A stretch of DNA of 64,000 nucleotides from Rhizodiscina lignyota (taxonomy: Eukaryota). Numbering within the stretch: the first letter of the stretch is position 1; the number at the start of each line of letters is the position of its first letter. The stretch is taken from assembly GCA_010015805.1 (NCBI GenBank), contig ML978122.1, forward strand, positions 1 through 64,000, read 5' to 3'. The position numbers and the translations under genes are program-made. Positions 35,922 to 48,434 of the stretch are shown here, in pieces. The notes under the pieces were generated by a model. That model was given only the letters and a program-made list of their open reading frames with translations, did no database searches and was not told where the DNA came from.

Positions 35922-38497
35922 CTACTTTCTCGCCTTTTTCATCCTCTTCTCCGCCCTCACATCCTTCTTCAACCTCGCATCCACCATCTTATACCTTCCC
36001 TTCGTCCCACCTGGCCTTCCCTTGATCCCTCTATTGCCACCCCTCGCAACTACAACCTTCACCTGCCTCTTGGGCTTCTTCTTCGCCGCGCGCGCCATCA
36101 TCTTTGCAATACTCCCAGCCTTATCCTTCTCGCTCATGCCCTCCTCATCCGCCAGCACCGCACTCTTCTTCTTCAGCTTCTCGAGCCTCTGCGCCGCCTT
36201 GAATTTCTTGCGCGCCTTCGCTTCCCGCACCTTCTTGATCGGCCGTGCGTTCAGCGCGCGGAGTTTTTCTTTTATAGCGGCGGCTGCAGTGGCTGATATG
36301 GGACGCAGGGGCTTGGAGTGCTGGGACTCGTCATCGAGGAACCAGTCTGGTAGACCGTCTGTGTCGCGGTGGGAGTACTTGTTGAAGCCGTCATCAATGA
36401 GGTCGTATTTTGATCTCTTGCCTGTTGCCAGTTGTTGGGCGAGGGTCATGGCTTCGGCGGTGATGATATCTATGTCTGGGCGGCCGTTTTTAAGTGGTTC
36501 GGGCTGATCGTTCCATGGGTCGTCTTCTTCGGTTCGTTTGACAACTTCAAAGGTGGTGGATTGTTCAGAATCCGAGTCTTCGGCGTTGTTAAAGTTTCCA
36601 TTTGACAGTTTCGCTGCGCTTTGTGCGCCAGAGTCAGCTGAGGCCACATGTGTATAATCTTCGTGATCCGGCTGAAGACTCTCGTCGTCCACGTCGATAC
36701 CACTGTCATCGTCGACTTCGCCATTGAGACCGTCAATCCCTTTGAAGATGTCTTGGTCAAAGAATCTCACCGCTCGCCTCGACAACCCATTCGAGCTTTC
36801 CTCCTTTCCCTGCAGATCGGTGGTAAGCGTGTCTTGAATGTCATCTTCATCACTCGATGCATCGCTATCGTCGTCTTCCACAAGCTCCTCGTCACTACTA
36901 ACATCCCTCTCTTGATCGTCCGAAAACCCTTCCCACTCCCCGTCTTCATGTTCCTTTCGCGCTCTTTTCGCACGGTATTTGGCATCGGCCTCAGACCTTC
37001 GTTCCTGGTATTGCTCGTACATGGCGTCCAGTTCTGTTTCAAGATGATCCTCTTCTGCATCGCTTTCAGCATCATCGTCATCGTCGCTGTCGTTCTCCTG
37101 CTGCTTCTTCTCTTCGATTACAGAATGCATCCTCCCCTTCGCAATCTTGCTCAGAGCACCAGCCTTATCTACAGCTTTTAGCGCAAACATTGAACCATCT
37201 CCATCCGGCCCACTCTGCTCCGTACCCAACTCCATCGGAGTGGTCATATTCAATTGCATCCTGACGATATCCTTCTGCTTCCTTTCATTCTCCTTCCTCC
37301 GCTCCTTCCTCTTCCGCGAGTTGTCTTGGTCGCGTAGTCGCTGCATTTCCTCTTGGATTTTCAACTCATCATCCATCTCTTCTACTTCTGCGACTTCCTC
37401 TCCTTCTGCCTCTTGCGCTTCCTGTTCGGCCTTCTTCTTCGCCGAGAAACCGAAAATGTCTCTTACTCTCAACCTCCATCTGAGCAGTATTCTGAATTCC
37501 TTCCGTCCCAGCACCTTTAGGTCTTTGCAACATTCTCTGATTTCCTCCGTCGTCTCGGGAAGTTTGTCTAGCGTAGCAAGCGCAATGTCTCCATTTCCTC
37601 TCTGCTCGAAATGCAAACGATTCAGTGAGCCAAGCATCGCAATCGGATCAGTAGTGTGTATGAACTCGCTAGCAGGTGCTTCTTTAAACTGTGTCCAATC
37701 GCCCTCCTCATATCCCTGCCTCTTGCGCTTCTTTCGCTCTTTCTCAGGATTGAAGACCTTTGCCTCATTATTCGGCGTCGGGTCGGCCAATTCAGCAAAC
37801 ACGGCTTGTGGGTCGAGGAATTTGGAGTCGATGCGCTTCGGCGCCTTGAAGCCGCGGCAGACGACGAAGATTTCGGCGGAGACGTTTCGAGAGGAGGGAG
37901 GCTTGGTCGCTTCGACGCGGGAGAAGAGCTGGTTGAAGACCCATAGGAGCGAGTTGTAGTCCTTTGAGCGGAATACTTTCGTGACGAATGTACCGCCCTC
38001 TTTTAGGAAGTCCGTAGCGAGGCGCAGTGACTGCAGTACGAGTTCCGCCTGAGAGTATGCATCTTGTACCCAAGCCGTTCCAACATTCGGCGCTCCATCA
38101 TGCAGCACTGTATCCGCTTTCCATGTCTTTAAATGTTGTCGCAGCGTCGCGCGGCACTTGTCGGTCGTAATGTCGCTCTGGAAGGTGATGCATCGCGGAA
38201 TCGCTTTGATGGGAGCCAGGTCAACGCCCACAATGAGGCTGTTGACCGGCATGACTTCCGCAGCGACTTGACACCATGATCCCGGCGCAGCGCACAGGTC
38301 GATCAGAACTTTGCTCTTCTCGAGAAAGTTGTATTTCTTGTTCAGCTGGATGAGCTTGAAGGCAGCGCGGGCGCGGTAGCCCTTTTCTTTCGCGAGCTTG
38401 TACCATTTGTCGAGACGGCCCTTGCCGTGCTATAAATGTCGTTAGCAGTGTATAGAATCGTCGTTGGAGAGTAATTTGCCTTTTTCTGAATCGCCAT
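35922..38497 (-). CDS. SPB1: AdoMet-dependent 27S pre-rRNA methyltransferase Spb1 (FTSJ3)
   Basis: Exons 38497-38480 and 38429-35922. [57 protein letters not shown], and the Spb1 C-terminus [27 protein letters not shown]. Confidence 0.97.
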
Positions 38498-38942
38498 GTT
38501 GAGACAATGATGTTGGCTGATATTCAAAGTCGAAGATACTTTTCTATCGACGGCGGCAGAATCTTCACCGCCTGAAGGCCGAAGCGGCTAGGGTGCCCCG
38601 AGCTATCTCTTGAAGGCCAAAGGTGCCCAGAGATTAGCAATATAGGTACGCATCTCACCGAGGCTCGGTACCCCGCCGTACCCAGGCCCCGTTACTCAGG
38701 AACCCCGTAAGGAGCCCCTGTCCTGTTGAGCACCAGCCACAGCTCGTTACATCATAAGAACAACAGTCGTCAGTCAGTCGCTCAGGAACGTGGGATGACC
38801 AGGAACTCACATACATGACCACGCAAAAGGTACCGTAAACACCACTCGCTACTTCACGTGCGCCTCACAGCCCGGCTAACATTTTCATTCGCATGCGCAG
38901 CGCAGTTTTAGTTTCGCAGACCGTCTTTACCACCACCTTTCC

Positions 38943-41779
38943 ATGGGCCCGCGTAAGAAGGCGAGGCTCGAGCAGGCAGACACCAACGACAACAAGCAAC
39001 ACGACACGACAATAGAAGATGCGAATGCACACAGCAGCTCAGCAGTAGCAAATAAATCGACAGAGAGTCTGCCGACTAACCTAGAACGTGGACAAGTGAT
39101 CCCCACGCTCTCGAACAGAAGCTTCCACGATGGAATAGACATCCCAAGACCAGCGTCGAGCAAGTCAGGCACTTGGTACAGCGGCAGCTGGAGGTCGAAA
39201 GCGCCAGCGATGACCAAAGTAGGCAGGGACAGCGTCGTGTCTCCCGAGCGGCCGAAGCTCGAGTCGTCGGACAGCAGAAAGCAATCCATCCCTCCCTCAC
39301 CGACACGCTACATGTCCAGTAGCTCGAGACGATCTAGCAAATCGCTACCCCTCGCTGCATCTACCACAAAGGTGAACGTTACGTCGAATAAGTCAAGCGA
39401 TGCGAGAAATCATGATGGTCGGGAGGATGTAGACTCGAGGACAGAAGACCCCCCACTGCCTCCTGACCCTGCACTTGCACCTGCACCTGCACCTGCACAG
39501 GATGGAAATGATGGCAAGGGACAGACGGACAGTGAGCAGCAAAACAAAGTGCAAAAGGAGACACCAAAGCCAGTGGCTTCTACGTGGAGGGGTTGGTGGT
39601 CGAAACCTGATCCTGCTGCCGCAGCAGAAATGGCCAAGGAGAAGAATAAGAGCGAGGAGCTGAACAATGCAAAGGACACTCCACTGCCAGAGTCTCCAGA
39701 ACTGGCTAAGAAGTCGGGTCCGATTACTGTAGCTGGACGAGTGGAGATGCCACCACCTATGACGGATACACCTATGAAAGATGCCACAGAGGATGGTGCA
39801 ACGTCTGCCAGTCAGAACCGCACATCGTGGTTCTGGCTGTGGAGCAAGGCGGAAAATGCAAAGGGCAATCCACCAGCAGACGAGAGTCAGAATCAGGGAC
39901 AGTCAGATGCTGCAGATACCGGGTCTGCCCCTGGACCGGCGGTGCAAGTCACTCCAGCCACGGAGCCATCAACTCCAAACGTCGAACAGGTTCAGCGGAA
40001 AGAGGTCCCTCCAAATTCATCGGGTTGGGCGTTCTGGTCTCGAGAGAAACCCAATTCCAGTGCCTCATCTGATACTGGTTCCACTCATAAGCAAGTAGGG
40101 GAGCTCGCAGTCGCCGACACGCCATCTCAATCCCACCCAGAGGCAGCCCAATTCAACGAGCACGAAGAAACTGCAAAGAAGGAACCTGCAAAACCGGCAA
40201 AGCGCGGCCGAGGCCGAATAAAAGGCCAAGACTCCGTCAGCAAGCCTTCCACACCAGTCAAAGGCACACCATCAGGCAGTCCAACTCGCAAATTAGCAGA
40301 AGGGGCCGCAATACCACAAACCGAACCACAGCCCCAAGTTCAACCCAAATCACCAAAGAAACCCCAACCCCAAGCAAAGACAACAGCACCCCAGCTGCGT
40401 AACATCATCCTCCCAGAATTCCACTCTACCTACAATCTCGCCTCCGCACCCTCCTACTGGGAGCAGCTCCGGCGTTTCTTCCTCGGCGCCGGCCAATCCA
40501 CACCACGCCTGCACATTGAACCAAATCCTCCGCGTATCCAGCGCGCCCTCGCCATCGGCGTGCACGGCTTCTTCCCCGCCGCCATCTTCCGCCAAGTCTT
40601 GGGCCAGCCTACCGGAACATCGATCCGCTTCGCCAACTTCGCGGCGCAAGCGATAAAAGAATGGGTTGTCGCGCACGGGGACTACGACGTCGAGATCGAG
40701 AAAGTCGCCTTAGAAGGCGAGGGATTCATTACTGACCGCGTCGATACCTTATGGAAACTATTCCTCAACTGGATCGACGCAATCCGGCGGGCGGATTTCA
40801 TACTGGTCGCGGCGCACAGTCAGGGCGTACCAGTGGCGGTGATGCTGGTTTCGAAGCTGATTCAGTTCGGGTGCGTGAGTAGTAATGTACGGGTGGGGAT
40901 ATGTGCGATGGCAGGGATCAGCATGGGTCCGTTTGTGGAGTATCGTACAAGTTTGTTTGGGAGCACGGCGAACGAGTTGTTTGAGTTCACGAGGCCGGAC
41001 AGTAAGGTCAGTTTGATGTATGAGGAGGCGCTGGATGTGGTGCTAGGGCATGGAGTAAGGGTAGTGTATGTTGGGAGTATTGATGACCAGCTGGTTTCAT
41101 TGGAGGTGAGTCTCTCCTAGCCTATATACGTATTTTGACGCCGGAGGGAATAAGATGGTGTGCTAACACATATCTCAAGTCCTCAACATTCACGCCCATA
41201 ACCCACCCGTATATCTACCGCGCCGTCTTTGTCTCCTCCGTCCTCCAGCAAAAACCCGACTTCATCGCCTCACTCGTCGGCTTCGCCTTAAAGCTGCGCA
41301 ACCTCGGCGTCCCGGACCACGGCCTCATCCGCGAGCTCTCCCCCGCCTTGGCGGGCAACCTCGTCAGCGGCGATGGCCACTCCCGCTTATACGACGACAT
41401 CAACGTGTACAGCCTCACGGTGCGCTGTGCCCTTGAAACGACGTCCCTCCCCGTGAGGGAGAATCCAAAGGTGGAGCGATGGGGCGCCTCGAATTCGTCT
41501 TGGGGGGGTAGGAGGGGAAATGACGAGAAGAAGTTGGCGAAGGAGGATGGGACAGGGCAGCCAGGACCCGGGGCGGTGAGCGCCACGGCCACAACGGCGA
41601 GTAGTAATCCGTTCTTCCTGCCGTGGGCAATGCGCGGGGTGTTGGAGGAGGAGTTGGTCAGGAAAGAGTTGGGCGACGAGTGTCGAGAGTTACTCGCGCT
41701 GTTTGAGAGTTGGAGGCCGCTGAGTAAGGGGTTGAAGGATGTGAGGTTTCGGTTGGAGGCTGTAAGGAGTAAGCTTTGA
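38943..41779 (+). CDS. Conserved fungal protein, yeast YML020W-like (disordered N-terminus, alpha/beta-hydrolase-like C-terminal domain)
   Basis: Exons 38943-41105 and 41180-41779. Motifs IGVHGFFP, GQPTGTSIRF, AHSQG (nucleophile-elbow-like), GSIDDQLVSLESS, GHS.LY and NPFFLPWAMRG. Confidence 0.82.
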
Positions 41780-42194
41780 CTTGCTGAGTCCAACTGCGTT
41801 GGGTTAATTGTTCGGCGTCTTGCTGGCAGACGATACGGGATGGCGTTCTGTGCATTTGGCTTTAAAGATCCCGAAGAAAAGATCCCGTATTTGATGAGCG
41901 TTTATGTAGAGATATCCAATACTTTAGAGGTGCTCTCCGCCGTATTGAAGATTTCGTCATGGTCTAACTTGAAAGGCATTTGTTGGAGTCTCTTTTCTTG
42001 CTAGGCTTGGTTTCGCACACCTTGTGCTGTCATGGACCTGCTACATGACATTAGCTTCCGCGATATAAGGTCTGCAACAGAGGCAATACACTTACGTCCA
42101 TGTTCTGGCACTTGTGGCATGGAGATTCATAAATCCCTCCATTCCTGTGAATCCTGATTGGCGAAGCAGTTCGCGCTTCGTTCGTGAAATCATC

Positions 42195-42938
42195 TCATTC
42201 CTCGACGCAGGCTCCACTCTCCAGGAGTATCTCGATTATCCTGTAATCATCTGCTTCAATGGCAAGGTCCAACGCAACTCTGCCTCGATGCTTTGCATTT
42301 GCATCCGCACCATGACCAAGCAGCAGTTCCACCGCTGGAATGTCAGACCGTTGGACTGCTTTGATGAGCGCAGAAGCATCACGAGAGCGGGTGTTCGGAT
42401 CAGCACCGTAGCGAAGCAGGAGACCCAGCATCCTAGAATCATTGGCGACTGACAGTGGAGATGCGAAGCCATAGCCATCCAGTTGACTCGGATCGGCGCC
42501 GTGATGCAGTAAAAGCTCCACCAATTCAGTGCGTCCACGGCGTACAGCGGCAATAAGCGCGGTGCCCCGCGATCCGCCTTTGGCATTAACATTGGCACCA
42601 AGGTCCAGAAGCAAGCTCAGCGTCTCAATATCGCCCTCAGCAGCGCCATGTTGAAGCGCCGTTCCGCAGAATGCGTTCGTGGCATTTACATCCGCCCCCG
42701 CCTCGAGCAGGAGTTCGACAAAGGCACGTCCACGAGTCGCCGCGACCATGAGCGGGAGATTGCTATCCGATCCGGGCAAGATGGGTTCATTGACACGGTC
42801 GTAGAGCATGCATGCGCGAATCTCGTTGAGTTCGCCGTTGTAGAGAGCGTGGCGCCAATCCTCAAACGCAAAGGTATCGTCGTCCGGTGCATCATCAAAG
42901 TCTTCGCCGTCATATTTGAATGATGATGACTCTCGCAT
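42195..42938 (-). CDS. Ankyrin-repeat protein
   Basis: About 6 ankyrin repeats (LLEAGADVNA, GTALQHGA..G..ETL.LLL..GANVNA, GTALIAAV..G..ELVELLL.HGAD). The start may lie in an upstream exon. Confidence 0.88.
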   Translation of the reverse strand: MRESSSFKYDGEDFDDAPDDDTFAFEDWRHALYNGELNEIRACMLYDRVNEPILPGSDSNLPLMVAATRGRAFVELLLEAGADVNATNAFCGTALQHGAAEGDIETLSLLLDLGANVNAKGGSRGTALIAAVRRGRTELVELLLHHGADPSQLDGYGFASPLSVANDSRMLGLLLRYGADPNTRSRDASALIKAVQRSDIPAVELLLGHGADANAKHRGRVALDLAIEADDYRIIEILLESGACVEE

Positions 42939-43943
42939 CTTGGCCTTCGAGAGCAGCTATCCAGGGAAATGTCAGCACCTGTAACAGAAAGGACGCACAT
43001 TCGGCGTACAGGCCTGAACGCTAAACGAGACTCGGACCTCCCATTCACGAAAGGAAAAGTGAATGACAATGAAGATGAAGCAACTGCAGCATCGCTAAAG
43101 ATTTTCCGGCGTTTGACAGCACGCGAATGTGGGCATTCAGCCACGCTGCTGGCGTTCGTACCATGTTCAGCGTACATCCTGGCGGCGATGAGACGGCCGC
43201 CGTCCGCAACAGCGACGGAAACTGAAGGCTGTGCCCTTGGTGGTCTTTATGCCATGCTCTTCAACGACTCCGATAGCGCGCTAGAATAGAAAAAGAACGG
43301 CTTCTGACTGGATCGCACGTGGCCAGCGTGCGTATTACAAAAAGGGCGGACTTGCCTTCACCTGGGGCTATTGGACACGTCAATGCTCGACATGACGACG
43401 CTTTTCTCGGAGCGGCAAATGTTACGATGCGGACGCATGCAGGATCGTTAGATGCCGTGGGCTAAGGCTAGGCTGACTATCGTGAGGTTCGTGAGTGCTT
43501 TCTCTCTGTTATCGCGGCCAGGAAAAAAGAGATGCATCAGTCATCAACTTCGGGGTCAAGGTTTGGACACGCCAAGACCGTCGAGTTGGGTGGCGAATTT
43601 ACGACATTAGCAAAGATATGAGTGAGTGCATTCAGGCCCATTTCATGTTGACTCGTTGATATTTCTGATTCTGCATATCTTGAGTATATAAAATCATCTC
43701 TAATGATGCCGCATCGAGATCCCGCAGGCAAGACGACCGGTCTTTTCATGACGGGATGCTTGACCACTTGTGCGGTCTCTGATATCCGCACGGGCACATC
43801 TTATTTCTTGTAACGGCTGTAAACCTCGTTATGAGCCGTGTGCCGTGATCTCCAACTGCCAAGGCGAGTGCGGATTCCGACTCACGCACAGGCTCGAACT
43901 CGGCCGCGTCATCGTAGGGCAACGGCAACTGAATTTGCATCCC

Positions 43944-45626
43944 TCACCAATTATCAAAGTTGCCGAACCCACCAGACGATTTCACCTTCTTCTTGATAGG
44001 TTCTTCAATCACCTCATCCCACTCCTCGACGACCTCGTCCTCCTGCAGTCCACCCAAAGCGCCCTTTAGATATTTTCCGACCCCTCCTCCTCCTCCTCCT
44101 CCCTCGATCGTCCCGTCTGCTCTTATCCTCTTCCCCGTCCAAGTCGTCCGATCATCATCAGTACCACCTTGTCGTTTGATCTCTTCTTTCTGTCTCTCGC
44201 TCTCCTCAGTCTCCACACGACGCTTTTGGAACTCTTCGAACGGATCGACGAAGACTACAATGTCTTCAAGTTCAATGTCCTCCACCGGACGATCTTTATC
44301 ATCCGTCTCGGCATTTTCCAGCTTAGATAGCGTGTCCATGCCACCGACAACTTTGCCGAAAATGGTATGTTTCCGATCGAGATGCTTGGCCGGCCTGTAT
44401 GTGATGAAGAATTGCGACGAGTTTGTATTCTTGCCCTTGTTTGCCATGGATAGCATACCTCTCGAGTCATGCGTTAGAGGACCATCAAATTCGTCAGCAA
44501 AGTTGCTTCCCCATATCGACTTGCCGCCTTTGCCAGTTCCAGTAGGGTCACCGCCTTGTATCATGAAATTCCGAATGTTACGGTGGAAAGTGATGCCCCG
44601 ATAATATCCCTTCTTGGCTAGCTGAATAAAGTTCCAAACCGCTTTTGGCGCATGTTCGGGATACAGCTCGAGGTTGAGCTCGCCAAGACTGGTTTGCATG
44701 CGTGCGTAACCCTTGATCTTTACGCGCTTCGGCTTGAGCATGTACTCCTCGTCCGTAAGCAGTGCTCTTTCCCCCGATGTATACGGGGTCAGACCTGTGC
44801 TCGTGAATGACGCGGCTGCTTTACCCGTTGTGTACTTTGCTGCATTGTATGGCGCGGATTTGGCTGCTTGCGCGCTCCCCTTATTCGCTGTCCCGTGAGC
44901 CGTGCCGTTCTTCGCAGTATCACCGCCTGTTCGGTTGAGATTACCGCTCTTTTCTCGCTCTGCTCTTGCATTGGCTACTGCTTCCTTAGCCTTGACGAGC
45001 TTCCCAGAGCTGCCCAACGCTGCAGCGTTGACTCCGCTCGCTCTCTCTTCCTTCTGCTCTTCTGACAGAGTATCCACGCCATCTTTCAGGTATTTAAATG
45101 AATTAATGTCCTTGTTGCCAACATTGTGGGGATCTTGAAGCGTGATTATGTCCTTTCTCGAAAACTCCTCTTCGCTCACGAGGTCTCGCCAGTTCTTCGC
45201 CTTGATATTCAATCGTTGGATCGTATCCCACGCGAAGACATTGCCCGTATTTTTCAGCGCCACAATGTGAGTATTATCTGTGAAAACTTTGTACGTCACT
45301 GGGTCGATATACTCTCCGTCGTCGTTCTTCAGGTAGTTGAGCTTGATGAGGTCGTCCTTCTTGAGCGGCTGTCCATCGAGTGGGTTCGTCCCATGCTTTT
45401 CCAGCCACCTAAGGATATTGTCCTCGTCAAATATCGTGCCGTCCGCTATGCATACGGGCTTGTGGAAAGGCTGGAGGGAGACGGCGCAGTAGTTGAAGGG
45501 GAGTCGTTTGAACGGAGCGCCCCCAGTTTTTGCCTTTGCGACGCCAGCGCCAACGCTGGCGGAGAACGAATCTTCTGAGGCCCACTCAGAGTGGGTGATG
45601 TATAGTTTATCTGTGCCTTTCCCCAT
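43944..45626 (-). CDS. cyp8: Peptidyl-prolyl cis-trans isomerase-like 2 (PPIL2/Cyp60), U-box plus cyclophilin domain
   Basis: MGKGTDKLYITHSEW start, U-box-like FKRLPF..C..SLQPF..PV, and cyclophilin motifs FHRNIRNFMIQGGDPTGTG.GG.SIWG, MANKG.NTN.SQFF and LDRKHTIFG. Confidence 0.95.
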   Translation of the reverse strand: MGKGTDKLYITHSEWASEDSFSASVGAGVAKAKTGGAPFKRLPFNYCAVSLQPFHKPVCIADGTIFDEDNILRWLEKHGTNPLDGQPLKKDDLIKLNYLKNDDGEYIDPVTYKVFTDNTHIVALKNTGNVFAWDTIQRLNIKAKNWRDLVSEEEFSRKDIITLQDPHNVGNKDINSFKYLKDGVDTLSEEQKEERASGVNAAALGSSGKLVKAKEAVANARAEREKSGNLNRTGGDTAKNGTAHGTANKGSAQAAKSAPYNAAKYTTGKAAASFTSTGLTPYTSGERALLTDEEYMLKPKRVKIKGYARMQTSLGELNLELYPEHAPKAVWNFIQLAKKGYYRGITFHRNIRNFMIQGGDPTGTGKGGKSIWGSNFADEFDGPLTHDSRGMLSMANKGKNTNSSQFFITYRPAKHLDRKHTIFGKVVGGMDTLSKLENAETDDKDRPVEDIELEDIVVFVDPFEEFQKRRVETEESERQKEEIKRQGGTDDDRTTWTGKRIRADGTIEGGGGGGGVGKYLKGALGGLQEDEVVEEWDEVIEEPIKKKVKSSGGFGNFDNW

Positions 45627-48434
45627 CCTGACCTCATGCGAAAGTCGTAACCAATGGTGAAAAGGGTCGAATAAATTAGTTAAACTAATGCGCCTCGACA
45701 TGCGCTTGAAGGTCGCCTTGATAGGCCGAAGATGTACAGTGCTTTTGCCGGAGTTTGACCGATTCCAATTTCATGCGGCAACTGATCACGCGACACTGCA
45801 ACTTCTTCGACTTCTACCTCATTGAAGGTTAATTCATAATTCACTCGCTAATGGTACCTTCAGACTGGAAGATAGATAAGTGTAATACTCTCGCTACTCG
45901 GCTGTCACAAGTCCTTTTTTCATATGGAGTCATTCTTCGGTCAAATACCTGTCTCACCAACTTTTTCTTCTCTCTTTCGTCCAACGCATTTCGATAGCTA
46001 AATTTGTCATATGGGGCAATTAATGGCTCTTAATGATGAAAGATGAGCAGTTTAATTTCTGCCCCTTCAAATCTCTTTTACAGGGCTAGATGCAGTTACG
46101 TTGTCATGACCATATAGCCAAAACGGAGTCCGTCAACGAACAATTCATATCAACGTTTGAGAGCCATCCCGACGGGCCTCAAAAGCCATTACTGACTATC
46201 TAGGGCAGACAATTCGTTGACTCCCGGTAATCACATATTTAGAAAAGCCTACATATGACTTCTGAGATCCACAGCAATCACCCGAGGAGTTCCCTTCTAA
46301 CTAATCATCCCACGAGTTGGTCAGAAATTGAAGCTAAACTAGAGTTATATCCATGCCCCTGCGGCTTTGCGGATATGGATCCGCTCGAGCAGCTAGAACT
46401 CGACGGACGATGATTTCACCTTCTCACGAGCTGGTGTGTCTGCTCACGACACAAAGAGCTGGATTCAGTCACTACTGTGCAGATCACAATCCTCGAACAT
46501 CGGCGAGCAAGGGATTGTCATGACGTCCATAAATAACGCCTTAATATTCCGACCCTCATCAGTCCACGCAGCGACAAGGAGAGGGGGTTGGCGAACATCA
46601 ACATGCTCAAACATCAGGAGAGCTCACATAAGCTGTAGGTTCGCTCTCCAGCAACTATATTTCTCATCGAGGATTGCGTGGCAAGCTACAGTCGATTTCG
46701 TACCGCGTCTTTCCGAACTCTGGTATGTGTCGATGATCAACATCACGACATAACTCAGAACCCGCGATAGTCGCCCCCAGCTGCATTCACTAAAGGAAGT
46801 TGGAATCACAACAAATACCGAGAGCTTGCGATTTGAAATTTGAAACGACGGTCTCCTGACAATCCCCCAACTGAAGAGAGTGTAACCATCGCATACGCGC
46901 CGGAGAAATGAGCTCTTGGAAGCTTTGACAAAGAACTTCGTTGTACCAATGCGCTCCGCTCTCTGCATGGCGGCCGCCTAAAAGGTCCGCTCCTTGTTCC
47001 ACCCACGCTTCAGTGGAGGCCGAATGTGGCTGAGGCTGTGCAGTTTAGCAGAGTCTCGCAAATCATTTAGAGAGTAGCATACACGTGTTGTACAGGGTTA
47101 GTCAGCGGCCCCTAATACCTCCATTCCTGCTGTTGATTAACGATCTTTCATTTCAATTGCAGCAATTATTACGATCCGTTTGACAAAGAAAGCCAACAAA
47201 TTCTACGGAAATAGAGCTTATGAGTCGCGCCTATCATAACATACAAAGCAAGATGGCCTTCAACGGAAGATGCTCCAAGTCACGCATTTCCAGCCAAGAC
47301 TTTGGATTCCAGCTCCGACGCCGCACTACAGCAAAGGTCGTTGACATGTCAAGATGAAGCATTTCTGAGATGCGCGCTTGTCCTTGCTACTAACGTGACT
47401 TGCGCAAGCTCCAAGAGATGGCTCAGGTTACCCCACGCTCTCATAGGACGATCGGTTGCTACTAAAATAAGCCAACATATCGGCGCGATACCGAAATACG
47501 AATGTTAGCTGTTTCGGACCCCTTGCACTCTCTTCTACCCTTGCAATTCAGGACGCTGCTCGAAACGAACGAAGAGAGACCCATTGGCCGAAGGTCCTCC
47601 GCGAGATCACGATACGGGAAACTACAGCGATATTGCCACCCTGTAGAACTGTTTCGAATTACGATGTGCGCGCCGATACGAAAGGGTAATGCCTTCAGTG
47701 GGATGGCACAAGCATTGAAATGGTGATGCTACACACCTGGGGCCGGATTGGTGGGCCATGGTCGTGCACTCGGCTCATCCCGAGTTTGTTTAGGTAAATA
47801 AGATTCTTAAGCTTAACTCCATGTCTCATGATCTTCCTCGCATCTCCATATAACATGGCTTTAAAATCTCACCAGGCGCGCTGAGACGAACGTGCGCGCG
47901 GCATCGCTCCAACAGTCCTACCCACGCCAATCACTAAGCATCTCGGCCTAAGCATCTCGAGGCCGAGAAAAGCATCACAGCCTCTTTTCTCGATCATAGC
48001 ATACCCTCCGCACTGCGGCTCCAATTTCCACAAACTTTTGCGTATACAGGGGCCATATGAGCCGTTTTTCCCTCTTTGGTCCGTAGCGCAAGCTGTGCCA
48101 AGAACAAACGTTCAAGTCTCCAACTTCAATTTAGTTTTTTATAGAACATCGAGGCTGATTTCGTACGCCAAACCCCCTCCAATGGAGCCTACCAAACCCA
48201 TTTCGTCTGTCGCGGGTGGGGCGCTGTTCACTTCATCCGGAATTCAACGCATCCCTGAGTTTGTGCGTGACATGGCATGTTAACTGCGAGTGGGCGTGGG
48301 AGTCGACGTCTAGACTGTGGCGCAATATGGAGTATATAAATGTCAACCATCTGCTTTGTGTAGACAACCAGCGCCATCAGCTCCTCGCATACAACTATTC
48401 AGTAATACAGCATCACCCCAACGACTTGCCCATC

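Noticed and set aside
34069..44604. Long antisense ORFs overlapping MFAP1, SPB1, the YML020W-like gene and cyp8
   Set aside because: They are Ser/Phe-rich shadows of Glu/Lys-rich genes on the opposite strand.
45800..48300. Short ORFs in the gap after cyp8
   Set aside because: I could not assign any family or coherent exon chain.
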